DNA of 64,000 nucleotides, taken from positions 13,702,001 to 13,766,000 of the forward strand of contig JBHGNT010000005.1 in the NCBI GenBank assembly GCA_043228905.1, written 5' to 3'. This DNA comes from Azolla caroliniana. Taxonomy: Eukaryota > Plantae > Polypodiophyta. Below are positions 9,645 through 21,375 of this stretch, in pieces. Every line of letters starts with the position of its first letter. The first letter of the stretch is position 1. The notes below the pieces were generated by a model that had not been told where the DNA came from, did not search any database, and worked only from the letters and a program-made list of their open reading frames with translations. A program made the translations under genes and the position numbers.

Positions 9645-11084
9645 TCCGTTGTTCCAATTCCAGGTGCATAATGCTCGCCAGTCGGTGTTCTTCCAGTTCA
9701 CACATAGTCTTTAACCGAATTGCCTCCGATTCCTTTTCGTTCAATCGTTCCCAAATCTGAATCCGTAAGCTTGGTACTTGGAACTCGACCGGCATGACTG
9801 CCTCCAATCCGAATGCTAACCGGAACGGTGTTGTCCGGAAGCTTGTTTTGTACGTTGTCCGGTAAGCCCAGAGTGCACTATGCAGCTTTGTGTCCCAATC
9901 TGTTCGATTTTCATTGACGATCTTCCGGAGGATATTCTGGAGCGTTTTGTTCGTCGATTCACCTAACCCATTTGCTTGTGGATAGTACGGTGTGCTTCGT
10001 TTATGTACTACCGCATAGAACGTCGTCAAACCTTCTACCACTTGTCCAAGAAAGTGCCCTCCTTGGATGCTTATCAGCTCTATGGTGCATCCATATCGGC
10101 ACCAAATGCATTCGTATAAGAATTTCGCCATTGACGCCGCGGTGTTGTCTCGTAGGGCTTTCGCTTCCACCCACTTAGTGCAGTAATCCGTCGCGAAGAT
10201 CACGTACCGGTTGCCGGTTCTCATTGCCGGTGGTTTAAATAGCCCGACGAAATCCAACCCCCATTTCTGGAATGGTTCTAGTGGTAGGACTGGCTGATGT
10301 GGCATCCGAGCTTGTTCTGTTGGCTGACCCATTCGTTGGCATAGATCACACTCCTTCGCATACCAAACTGCATCCTTCAATGTGGTCGGCCACCATAGGC
10401 CACTTTGCCATACTTTCCTTGCCGTCGCATCTCCGGCATAATGGCCTCCGGCGACTCCGGAGTGTGCCTCCCGTAGTATTACCTCCTTCTCGTCGCCGCG
10501 CATCGCTCGTCACCAGATACCGTCCGCACCTTTGTGGTATAGCGTGTCCTATAACAAACAGAAGTGCCGGCTCTATACCGCCAGGCGTTTTCTCTCGTCC
10601 CGGTTCATCTCCTCTGGAGACAATCCAATACTCAGAAACTGGTGCATATTAATTAGCCACTTATCTTCTTGTGCCACCGTTTCATCTGTTGCCGTTTTCG
10701 TGGTGACTTGGAAAAGCTCTGCATCCGGAAACTCGTGCGGTACTCCGTCACCTGTCTCCCTGGAATCTAACCGGCTTAGATAATCTGCTACTGCATGCTG
10801 TATGCCGGGTCGGTGGAATATCTCGAATTCGAACTCTTGCAACAACAAAGTCCACCGGGCCAACTTACCGGTAAGTGACGCTTTGGATACTAGGTAGAGG
10901 AGTGTTGAATGATCTACATGGAAGGAGAACTTTATTCCCAGTAAATAATGCCTGAAATTTGTTACACTGTAGATCATTCCTAAAGCTCTCCTTTCCGTGG
11001 TAGAATAATTTCGTTCCGCTTGGGATAGCTTCCCGCTGGCATAGTACACTGGTCGGTACCACCTTGGCTCGGTAAGCTGCATGA
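9645..11084 (-). pseudogene. RNase H and integrase core of element A
   Basis: PVYYASGKLS..NYSTTER..VDH..ADYLSR; REAH..GGH..C..C zinc finger; WGLDFVG..TDYCTKWVEA..YYPQANG. Confidence 0.9.
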
Positions 11085-11429
11085 GCGCTGTCGCGAAAAT
11101 ACGACGAGGATACGTGAACGGTGAGGCAGGACCCCGGGGCCTCTGACCAGAAGATATTCACATTCGTGCGTTTATATTAAACAATTAATACAAAATGATA
11201 AAGATTCACAAATTTCATTAATAAAGGGAAAGAAAGATTACAATCAATCTCAAGATTGAGATTACAAAAGTTTTATCTTAAGGAGATTGCTAGAATAATA
11301 GATTAGAAGAAACTAAGATATGGATTCCATAGAGATTTAGGGTTCTTGGCTTTGATAAGAGATTATGGTTATATGAGTATTATGGCTTCCGTAGGGAAGA
11401 TTAGCGTTTTTGAGTGTTATTGTCATGAT

Positions 11430-11495
11430 ATGGCAAGACTCGAACCCATAACCTTAGGTTATATGGGTCGAGCTCTTGACCATTAGACCATCTAT
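11430..11495 (-). promoter_or_regulatory. antisense tRNA-type A/B-box module and long hairpin at the LTR 5' edge (copy ~16529-16594)
   Basis: Minus strand: A box TGGTCTAATGG (11490-11480), 33 nt, B box GGTTCGAGTC (11446-11437). Confidence 0.65.
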
Positions 11496-11870
11496 TGTAA
11501 TACATAAAATATTATTTTGATTTACATTTTATTATAGGAAATTAGTGTATATTCCAGATTTCTCTGGAACATTCTAGAAGCTTCAGGATTACTCCTGAAA
11601 ACACTATAAAAGAGGGCACTAGGCATTATGTTGAACCAAATTGGTTCAACGCCAGTCTTAAGCCTTTTAGCCACCATTTTATATTCTCTTCATATAATAC
11701 ATATCTTTCTTATCATCACTCTCTCTCTCTCTCTCTCTCTCTCTCGATCTCTCTCTCTCTCCCCGTCTCGCTCACTCCTTCCTTCTCTCAAAGAAGTTCT
11801 ACACCTCTCATACTACTAATCCTTCGTTTAGTACTAATTCCTTCTCTGTCTCAGTACCGTTCCTGACAGT

Positions 11871-11882
11871 TTGAACCAATTT
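11871..11882 (+). other. self-priming PBS (Tf1-type), complementary to the predicted transcript 5' end
   Basis: TTGAACCAATTT pairs with AAATTGGTTCAA at 11638-11649, which lies ~28 nt after TATAAA (11605-11610); no TGG tRNA-type PBS. Confidence 0.8.
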
Positions 11883-11941
11883 TTCTACCTTCTATCTCTC
11901 TCATTTCCTACTAATCTCTTATTCCTCTTTTCTTTCATCCC

Positions 11942-13093
11942 ATGGCCACTGTTAGCGCTGAAGAATATCAATCTGTTTTCTCGGAATTTCAATGCTTGAA
12001 AGAGAAGTTCCATGCTTTGGAACAAGAAAACCAACGATTGTTGGGGGATCTTCAGCAAATCTCCTTAGAAAAGCAGCAAACGCAACAACAGCATGGGGAA
12101 CTTGCGTTACGCGTGCAACAACTCGAAGCAACCATCGTAGCGATGCAACAACAAGGGCCCGGAACACAAGGGATTCATAAAGAACCCAAGATTGGCCTTC
12201 CCACGAAGTTCGATGGAACGCGATCGCAGTTTAGAGGGTTCCTTAACCAGGTACGATTAGTTATCCAAATGCATCCTTCCCGATATCCCACCGATGCATC
12301 ACGAGTAGGTTTAGTAGGCACTTTGTTAAGTGGCTCAACGTTGTCATGGTTCGCTCCACTATTAGAAAAGGAATCTCCGTTACTCAACAATTTTGAAGAG
12401 TTTCTAGGTGAGTTGAAAGCATGTTTCGGAGATACTGACAGCATCAGGACCGCAATCAACAAAATTCGGCGATTACGCCAAGGTGACCGTCCAGCCTCCG
12501 CATACGCGACAGATTTTCGCCTACTCGCCGCTGATATCCCTTGGGATGATCAAGCGTTGATGGAGCAATTCCGTTATGGTTTACGCAACGACGTCAAGGA
12601 TTTACTCTTGACCTTCCCCAAAGAGCCAAAGTCCTTAACAGAAGCAATCAGTCGCGCGGTGAGATGTGACAACCGCCTCTTTGAGCGACACTCGGAAAGA
12701 CAGCTACAGATGCTAAGGCCAAGATCAGAGCCCACCTACGCCTCAGTGGTAGCAAGACCTTTTCTGAGGGAGTCATATAATGCGCTTCCAGCGAATACTC
12801 CGACTCCGAAGGAGATTGACACTACACGTCGTCGAGGGCCATTATCCGAAGAAGAAAAGCAGCGACGTCGTACAAATCGACTATGTCTTTACTACGGTGG
12901 ACCAGGACATATCGCAATAAATTGTCCCCATAGGCCTCGAAGACAGGTAAACCAAATAGTCGCTAGTTCTAATGGTACTAAACCCGAGCCTATTTCAGTA
13001 GGAATATCTGATAGTCCTAATAGTACTAATAGCCCAGATCTAACAAACAGATTTGATGTCCTTAGTCAGTTAGAAGAAGAGATAAACGACTAA
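11942..13093 (+). CDS. gag: Gag (coiled coil, retrotransposon gag domain, degenerate CCHC knuckle)
   Basis: [53 protein letters not shown]. Confidence 0.9.
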   Translation: MATVSAEEYQSVFSEFQCLKEKFHALEQENQRLLGDLQQISLEKQQTQQQHGELALRVQQLEATIVAMQQQGPGTQGIHKEPKIGLPTKFDGTRSQFRGFLNQVRLVIQMHPSRYPTDASRVGLVGTLLSGSTLSWFAPLLEKESPLLNNFEEFLGELKACFGDTDSIRTAINKIRRLRQGDRPASAYATDFRLLAADIPWDDQALMEQFRYGLRNDVKDLLLTFPKEPKSLTEAISRAVRCDNRLFERHSERQLQMLRPRSEPTYASVVARPFLRESYNALPANTPTPKEIDTTRRRGPLSEEEKQRRRTNRLCLYYGGPGHIAINCPHRPRRQVNQIVASSNGTKPEPISVGISDSPNSTNSPDLTNRFDVLSQLEEEIND

Positions 13094-16000
13094 GTCCAGC
13101 CAAAATAGGAGCTGTTTGGTTGGACAGCCCTAGATCTGTGCAACCCATTAGTGGTTCCATTCCCTCTAAGCAAGTTAGTGATGTGTTCGTAGCCCAAGTA
13201 ACAGTTAGTACTAAAAGTACCCCTCCAATACATGTCCTAGCACTCCTAGATTCCGGAGCTAACTCTTGCTTTATGGATAAGAAATTTGCTCAAGCTCATA
13301 AGATATCCCTAAGAAAGCTCCAATGTCCAGCCTCTGTAGTACTCATTGATGGACATCCCATTGCTTCCAAAAATATCATAGAAGAGTCAGAGCCCATTAA
13401 TATTGTCCTAGATAACTTAGCATGTGTAGTATCATTTAATATTATTAGTATCCCAGAACATCCTATAGTTTTAGGATTACCGTGGTTCAAGTTACATAAC
13501 CCAGACATAGATTGGAGAACAAGAGAAATCCGGTGTCGACAAACCCAAGGGTCAACTCAGAAGATGGCAACCATTTCGCTATGTCAGTTGCGTAAAGAAG
13601 GGCGCGAGGAGGAAATGTTCCTGTTTGCAATATCAGTAAACCCCTCCAGCACCACTAAAGAAGAATCCACCGCTCAACTTCCCGAGAAGTATCGTCATTA
13701 CGCCGATGTGTTTGATAAAGTAAAAGCCAACACACTTCCTCATCATCGACCGTACGATTGCCCCATCGATTTACAACCGGGAAAAGAGCCGCCATGGGGA
13801 CCGATCTACAATTTGTCACCAACCGAGCTGGAAGTCCTTCGGGCCTATATCGAGGAGAATTTGGAAAATGGTTTCATTCGACATTCGAAATCTCCAGCCG
13901 ACGCGCCCATTTTCTTCGTCAAGAAAAAACATGGATCGCTTTGTCTCGTTGTAGATTACCGTGGCTTGAATAAGGTTACAATCAGGAATAGGAATGATCT
14001 TCCCCTTATCTCAAGTCTTTTAGAACGGATCAATGGTGCCAGGTTCTTCACGAAGATCGACTTACGGGGAGCATATAACCTCGTACGGATCCGACCAGGA
14101 GACGAATGGAAGACCGCGTTTCGCACCAGATATGGGCACTTCGAGTATACGATCATGCCGTTCGGCCTCACTAATGCGCCAGCAGTCTTCTAGCACATGG
14201 CTAATGATATATTCCGAGATCTATTGGATGATTGTTTGATCATCTATTTGGATGATCTATTGGTTTATTCAAAGACCCAACAAGAACATGATTCTCATGT
14301 ACTATTAGTACTAAAACGACTTCGAGAACATGGTCTATATGCAAAGCTGGAAAAATGTAGTTTCGGGTGCAACCAAGTGGAATTTCTCGGCTACATCATT
14401 TCGTCAGAAGGCATCTCCATGGACCCAGCTAAGGTCAAAATGGTGGTAGAATGGCAGACTCCGCGTTTGGTGCGGGATGTGCAATGCTTCCTAGGCTTTG
14501 CCAATTTTTACTGGAAGTTCATACAAGATTACTCAAAGATCTTTCTACCTCTCACACAACTTACCAGGAAGGGACAACCGTTCATCTGGTCTGAAGAAAC
14601 GGACATGGCTTTCGAGAGTCTTAAAAAGGCATTTACATCGGCTCCAATTCTAGCTCATGTTGATCCGGAAAAAGCATTCATTATCGAAGCTGACGCATCG
14701 GATTTTGCATTGGGGAGCATTCTGTCACAACAGGGGAATGATGAGAAGCTACATCCTGTGGCTTTTCACTCACGCAAGTTTGACGCCGCCAAAATTAACT
14801 ACGAAATTCATGATAAGGAGCTATTGGCAATAGTGGATTCTTTTATGCAATGGAGGCATTTTCTGGAGGGATCCTCTCATCCAGTCACCGTATTTAGTGA
14901 TCACAAAAATCTTGCCTACTTTCAGGATGCTCGTGTGTTGAATCGACGTCAAGCTCAGTGGGCCCACTTCCTCACGCGTTTCCCGTGGATCTTTGACATG
15001 CCCATGGATTCCCGCGTTATTGATACCATACGTGAAGACTTGAAGACAGATGCGTTCGCCCAAGCTATACTAGCACAAATTGATCCCTCTCGAGCGTCGT
15101 GTTCACAGTCGCAACCACCAGGTACGGACTATCGGCAATTCAAATACCATGATGGATTACTCTTCTTTAAAGAACTTTTGTATGTTCCTAATGGTTCTTG
15201 CCGCCTTCGAGTAGTTCAAAATTGCCATGACACATATACAACTGGGCATTTTGGTAGTACTAAAACATTACATTTAGTACAACGATCATTCTGGTGGCCC
15301 TATATGCGACAATTTGTCGAGGATTTTGTTCAGACTTGTGATACATGTTGCAGAGCGAAAATGCCAAGGCATCATCCATATGGTTTATTAGAACCATTAC
15401 CAATTCCAAGCAAGCCGTGGCAATCCATTTCTCTAGACTTCATCACAGATCTTCCAATCTCTAAGGGGTTCAATGCGATTCTAACGGTGGTCGATCGATA
15501 CACGAAGATGGCTCATTTCTTGCCATGTACTAAGGAGATCTCCAGTGAAGACACTGCCGAAATTGTCATGCGTGAAGTATGTCGGCATCATGGACTTCTC
15601 GATAGTATCATCAGCGACCGTGGACCCCAGTTCGTGTCAAAATTCTGGAAGCACCTTTTTAACATGCTCAAGGTCTCTTATAACCTCTCCTCCAGCTACC
15701 ACCCACAAACCGACGGCCAAGCTGAACGAACAAATCAAACGTTGGAGCAGTATCTGTGGTGCTTTCTCAGTTATCATTAGGACGACTGGGTAGATATTCT
15801 CCACTTCGCCGAATTTGCCTATAACAACTCTATCCACGCATCCACTAAAGTTACGCCATTTTATGCTTATACGGGATGTCACCCCCGGTACTTGAAACCC
15901 CAGAGGTGTCCACAAATCCGTGCGCGAAGGATCGTTTGGAGCGGTTACGCAAGATACAAGCGGATTTATCTACTCATCTCTAGCAAGCTCAACAAACACA

Positions 16001-16527
16001 CAAGGTCTACGCGGATCGTCATCTACTTCCATCCAGTTTTAATATTGGAGATCGAGTGTGGCTGCTACGACGACACATCAAGACTACTCGCCCATGTGAG
16101 AAGTTGGATTATCGGCGATTAGGTCCTTTCCGTATTATTGGACAGATTAATGATGTCGCTTTTCGTCTCGATGTACCTCCTCAACTTCGGATACATCCAG
16201 TGTTTCATAGTTCTCTCCTCGAACCCTACCACGAGAGTACCATCCCAGGACGTCTTATCCAACCTCCACCCCCCGATTGAGCTTGAAGATGGGCCGGAGT
16301 ACGAGGTTGCCGCCATCCTTGATTCCAAGATTGTTCGCAACAAGCTCTACTATCTAGTCGATTGGCTAGGCTATAGTCCCAACGAACGTACTTGGGAACC
16401 GATCGAGAATGTGACCAATGCTCGTGCTCTTCTTGAAAACTTCCATCGTCAATATCCACACAAACCGGGTCCTCAATCCAAGACGACGAGTGTCACGAGT
16501 CGTTTTAAAGTGGGGATAGTGTCATGA
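13081..16527 (+). pseudogene. pol: Pol (PR, RT, RH, IN, chromodomain) in the -1 frame; premature stops, a frameshift and an RH-IN deletion
   Basis: LLDSGA; YLDD; EADASD; GHFG..C..C; DFITDLP; YHPQTDGQAE; chromodomain YEVAAILD..YYLVDWLGY..TWEP; stops at 14191 and 15778. Confidence 0.9.
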
Positions 16528-16814
16528 TATGGCAAGACTCGAACCCATGACCTTAGGTTATATGGGTCGAGCTCTTGACCATTAGACCATCTATTGTAAT
16601 ACGTAGAATATTATTTTGATTTACATTTTATTATAGGAAATTAGTATATATTCCAGATTTCTTTGGAACATTCTAGAAGCTTCAGGATTACTCCTGAAAA
16701 CACTATAAAAGAGGGCACTAGGCATTATGTTGAACCAAATTGGTTCAACGCCAGTCTTAAGCCTTTTAGCCACCATTGTATATTCTCTTCATATAATACA
16801 TATCTTTCTTATCA

Positions 16815-16876
<62 letters not shown>

Positions 16877-17404
16877 CGTCTCGTTCACTCCTTCCTTCTC
16901 TCGAAGAAGTTCTACACCTCTCATACTACTAATCCTTCGTTTAGTACTAATTCCTTCTCTGTCTCAGTACCGTTCCTGACAGTTATGGCTTCCGTAGGGA
17001 AGATTAGGGTTTTTGGATTCCGTAAGGAAATTAGGGTTTATGAGAGATATTACTTCCCTAAGATAAGGGAGTTGAGAAGGAAAAGAAAAAGAAATATATC
17101 ATATGGAGAGAGCTTGAGTGTAAGAAAAAAAATGGAAAATATATAGAGTTCTCCCTTGATCATAGCCTTTCCACTTTTTGCTGCATGGCCTCTACGTTTA
17201 GTTGCCTAGCTTTTTCTTTTAGTTGTATCTATTTTTAGTTGCATGGCTTTTTCTTTTAGTTGCATGTGACCGTCCACATGACCTTTACTTTTTGTATGCA
17301 CTCCAACTTTAGTTGCTTGCGTCCACATGGCCTTTACTTTAGTTCTCTTCACTTTACTTTAGTTTGTTGCATGTTCCAATCTTCCATCCGTCCGCGTCCA
17401 ACCT

Positions 17405-17682
17405 CGTCCGGTAGCCGGTTCCGGTTTTGCTTGCCGACCAGTTCCGGTTTTGCTTGTCGGCCGGTTCCGGTTCCGGTTTTGCTTGCCGGTCGGTTCCATT
17501 TCCGGTTTGCTTGCCGGTTCCGGTTTCGGTTCCGATTTTGCTTACCGGCCAGTTTCCGGTTTGCATACCGGTTTCCGGTTTGTATACTGGCCGGTTTCCG
17601 GTTCCGGTTTGCTTGCCGGTTCCGGTTTTGGTTATCGGCCTGTTTTCGGTTTGCATATCGGCCGATTTCCGGATTTGCTTAC
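17405..17682. repeat. CCGGTT(T)/GCTTG short tandem repeat array in the solo LTR (continues 20995-21060)
   Basis: Dense ccggttccggtttgcttg-type units. Confidence 0.85.
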
Positions 17683-20600
17683 TGAAAAGAGAGATGATGA
17701 TAGAAAAGAGAGAGAAGGAAGATATAGAAACCCAAATCTACAAAGATATATTAATAAGGAGTGATGATCATAGAAACAAGAGAAAGAAGATACATAAACT
17801 CAAGCCTACAAGGATGAATTGATCACTAGAAAAACGCACTACATGAATAGGCAAGAAAAACCCCACAAGAAAAAAGCCCCCCTCACCACCTCACTCTTCT
17901 TGCTTTATATGAAGTTCTCCTCTAGTAGATAAGTTTCGCTTGCTTTCTTTTCAACGCTTTTTTTACAGCTTTTCCATCTCCTATTCTTAGCTATGATACA
18001 ACGATCTTCTAATCGTCATATCTCCCTCATCCATGCTCCAAATTTAGAGCTTTAAAAACCTATGGATAGCTCTCGTCACAAACTTTCCAACCCATATTTA
18101 CACATTATATTTGGCTTCCAAACGAATGAGTTATGAGCGTTCGTTGTAGACTGCATTTTGGTGCCCGCTTTTTTCTTCTTTTACTTTTCTCCACGTGACT
18201 TGCTTTTTGTTTGACTTATCCTCAAGACCTTAGCTCGTGATCTTGCCCTCCGGATGTGAACACACCATACCTTATATTCTTGTAGACTTCAATACCTTGA
18301 ATTCTAAAAACAGTTTCACATTTAGCCCTCCCCCTTGCTTTTTTGTGAACCATTTATGGTGAACCCTAAGCTACTAATAAAACTAAAGGTTCTCCTTCGC
18401 CTTATTCATGGCTATAGACAAAGAAGGAGAAAATAAATAGAAAAGAAACAAACTATGTGAGTAAAACCCCCGCTAGTCGATAGGAAAAACCTCACACTTC
18501 TAAACACACACACATACACATTGACAATTGCGATCACCATCTTTCTCCTTGTCAACACAAAGAAAGAGGTTACAACAATTACTATGTCTTTGTCAACTTT
18601 CCAAACAGAAGTAGGTCTATGTGATACATAACTCTTGATAGAAGTAAGCATGTTAACATATGAATAAACCTTTCGAGCGAGCGAACCTTTTGCACAAACA
18701 CCTTCAAAGCTTCGAGACTTGTCAGAATTGTCATATTTTGAATTATGTCGATCTTTGCTTCATCAACATGACTTTCTTCTTGGCACACCACATTCTCCAC
18801 ATTACCTTGTTTTGTATGTATGACCATTTCATCTAGAATCTCATCTCGAAAAGGAAGAAAAAATAAATCTCGTTTGGTTGACTCATTCAAGGGTTGGAAG
18901 TTGACGTCTTTCTCCTTTGGAACCACGACAATAAGTGAGACAAACTTCAAATCCTCCAACTTGATGTGGTGCTTGATGCCTTCTACTCTTATCTGTAAAT
19001 AGTCATTTATGAATAACTTTGCAAACTTAAAAAAGAGAGAAATAAACCTTAGATCCTCTTCTCCTTGGACATCGTTTGAAATCATCTTCTTTTTCCCCTT
19101 TAGGGTGATAATACTTTTCTCTTCAATGACTTCTTCTTCCTCCTTAGACACCATGTGGAATGATTTGTTTTCCCTATCCCACGAATATTCATCAATTGTT
19201 ATGCTTTCCTCTTCTTGCTTGCCAATGTCGATAGATGATTCCTTCTCCTTTATACATTTGATTAGTTGTGGTGGATCCTTTGATGGTGATAAGTTAATGA
19301 TACTCCAATCATGCATTACAAGTAAATCTCTTGGCTCTTGGTCAAATTGTTGTTGAAGAGTTGATGCCCACATAACTTTGTTGCTACTCAATGCAAATCC
19401 AAAACACGAATCTTGCACAAACACCTTCATACACTGCATCTTGGCACTTACCAATGCTTCCTTACACGCATTGATCTCCAAAAGCCAATCTCCAGCTATC
19501 ACTTCTAGGTTACCTTCTTCATCTTGCAACTTCGTTGTGGGTACTTCACCATCAACAACTTCTTTTGTCATATCTTCCATTTCATCTTGCACATATTCAT
19601 CATCAACCACCATATCGCTCGTTGTATCAATAATGCCCTCAACATGATGTACATTGGCATCACCATCCATAACATCGCTTCTCATAACAATCTCATTAGA
19701 TTCGTCTTTCACATCATCATTCTTTATATCATGGTTGTCCTCATGAACTAGATGGGGGAACTCCACATTCATCACCTCTTCTTCATTGTCTCTGGAATCA
19801 CCTTCATAGACATCATTATAACTCCAAAAATTAGAATAATGATATGAGGGAACCTGTTGAATCGGACATTGCAAGTAGGCTGGTTGTTGGCTCATGACCG
19901 ATCCACAATTATTATAGCTTGGATTTATGGTATATGACGCCGATAATCCATATGCTTCACCGAATAACAACTTCTTCAATTGTTGATCATAACTTTGACA
20001 TACTCGAAGCAAATCATGGAAAGACCTTGGGTACTTCATATGCACTTCATATTGAAAATATGGATCTAGCCCTGCTTTGAATCTTTCCATCTTGAAGTAT
20101 ACATCTTCAATGCCTCCAACAAGTCCAATCCAAGTGGACCATATATCCAAAAACGTCTTCTCATACTCGAGGTAGCACATTGGTGAAACCATACGCAATT
20201 GGAAAAGTTCTCTTCGTAGATCTGTCGCATCGCGAACTCCATATCGTGCCATTAGTTTGATGATGAATCGGTAGATCCAACCATCAATTAGTGGACAACC
20301 GTTCCTCCCGTTATACAGAAAGGATCGGCCCTCCCTGGAGCGCCAAAATGAAAAGAGAGATGATGATAGAAAAGAGAGAGAAGGAAGATATAGAAACCCA
20401 AATCTACAAAGATATATTAATAAGGAGTGATGATCATAGAAACAAGAGAAAGAAGATACATAAACTCAAGCCTACAAGGATGAATTGATCACTAGAAAAA
20501 CGCACTACATGAATAGGCAAGAAAAACCCCACAAGAAAAAAGCCCCCCTCACCACCTCACTCTTCTTGCTTTATATGAAGTTCTCCTCTAGTAGATAAGT

Positions 20601-20986
20601 TTCGCTTGCTTTCTTTTCCACGCTTTTTTTACAGCTTTTCCATCTCCTATTCTTAGCTATGATACAACGATCTTCTAATCGTCATATCTCCCTCATCCAT
20701 GCTCCAAATTTAGAGCTTTAAAAACCTATGGATAGCTCTCTTCACAAACTTTCCAACCCATATTTACACATTATATTTGGCTTCCAAACGAATGAGTTAT
20801 GAGCATTCGTTGTAGACTTCATTTTGGTGCCCGCTTTTTTCTTCTTTTACTTTTCTCCACGTGACTTGCTTTTTGTTTGACTTATCCTCAAGAACTTAGC
20901 TCGTGATCTTGCCCTCCGGATGTGAACACACCATACCTTATATTCTTGTAGACTTCAATACCTTGAATTCTAAAAACAGTTTCACA
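17683..20986 (-). mobile_element. non-autonomous single-ORF Ty3-derived LTR element
   Basis: 638-bp LTRs 17683-18320 and 20349-20986 (~5 differences); TSD CTTAC; PBS TGGCGCTCCAGGGAGGG (probably tRNA-Asn) ~20329-20345; PPT AGGGGGAGGG ~18326-18335. Confidence 0.95.
18582..20252 (-). CDS. 556-aa ORF: gag-like N-terminus, acidic linker and collapsed RT remnants
   Basis: RELFQLRM..YEKTF..FKAGLDP..PRSFHD (gag-like); SLIVVVPK..FQPLNESTKRDLFFLPFRDEILD and VDEAKIDII..RFI (RT pieces without YxDD). Confidence 0.75.
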   Translation of the reverse strand: MARYGVRDATDLRRELFQLRMVSPMCYLEYEKTFLDIWSTWIGLVGGIEDVYFKMERFKAGLDPYFQYEVHMKYPRSFHDLLRVCQSYDQQLKKLLFGEAYGLSASYTINPSYNNCGSVMSQQPAYLQCPIQQVPSYHYSNFWSYNDVYEGDSRDNEEEVMNVEFPHLVHEDNHDIKNDDVKDESNEIVMRSDVMDGDANVHHVEGIIDTTSDMVVDDEYVQDEMEDMTKEVVDGEVPTTKLQDEEGNLEVIAGDWLLEINACKEALVSAKMQCMKVFVQDSCFGFALSSNKVMWASTLQQQFDQEPRDLLVMHDWSIINLSPSKDPPQLIKCIKEKESSIDIGKQEEESITIDEYSWDRENKSFHMVSKEEEEVIEEKSIITLKGKKKMISNDVQGEEDLRFISLFFKFAKLFINDYLQIRVEGIKHHIKLEDLKFVSLIVVVPKEKDVNFQPLNESTKRDLFFLPFRDEILDEMVIHTKQGNVENVVCQEESHVDEAKIDIIQNMTILTSLEALKVFVQKVRSLERFIHMLTCLLLSRVMYHIDLLLFGKLTKT

Positions 20987-21375
20987 CTTACTAGACCCGT
21001 TTTCCGTATTTGCTTACCGGCCGGTTTTCAGATTTGTTTACCGGCCGGTTTCCGGTTTTAGGGAATTTGGCCACCATCATCGATCAAGACAATGTGGCCA
21101 AAGTGCTCTTAGCACAAATGAAAAATGAGGGAGCTCAAGGTGCTTATATAGCTAGGGCCTTAACTTTCCTATCTATGTGGGATAGTTCTAATTTCCCTAT
21201 TTTCTCAAACTTTATTTTCACATAACTTGATATGTATTTCTCCATTTTGTATATAGTAAAATACATTTTGAAGCTCTTCAGTATATCCATCTTTCTATAG
21301 TAAGAAACTAATCTAATCTATAATAATTATTTCATTATTTTTTTACATAGTGTGTGAAGATTCACACGACAGCGC

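Larger units (their letters stand above)
11421..16981 (+). mobile_element. Ty3/gypsy chromovirus, Tcn1-like, near full length
   Basis: LTRs 11421-11868 and 16520-16981 (about 8 substitutions plus (CT)n length difference); TSD GTTAT; PPT AAAGTGGGGATAG 16507-16519; gag-PR-RT-RH-IN-chromodomain order. Confidence 0.95.
11089..21371 (-). mobile_element. solo LTR (~1.4 kb, TGTCG...CGACA) split by two nested elements
   Basis: Termini TGTCGCGAA / CACGACA; 4-bp TSD GCGC (11085-11088 / 21372-21375) restores the host frame IAIGSAL-MQLTEP; pieces 11089-11420, 16987-17682, 20992-21371; orientation inferred from similarity to other minus-strand LTR ends. Confidence 0.85.

Noticed and set aside
17260-17822. 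Several overlapping ORFs rich in RF/TG/PV
   Set aside because: They arise from the CCGGTT tandem repeat inside an LTR.
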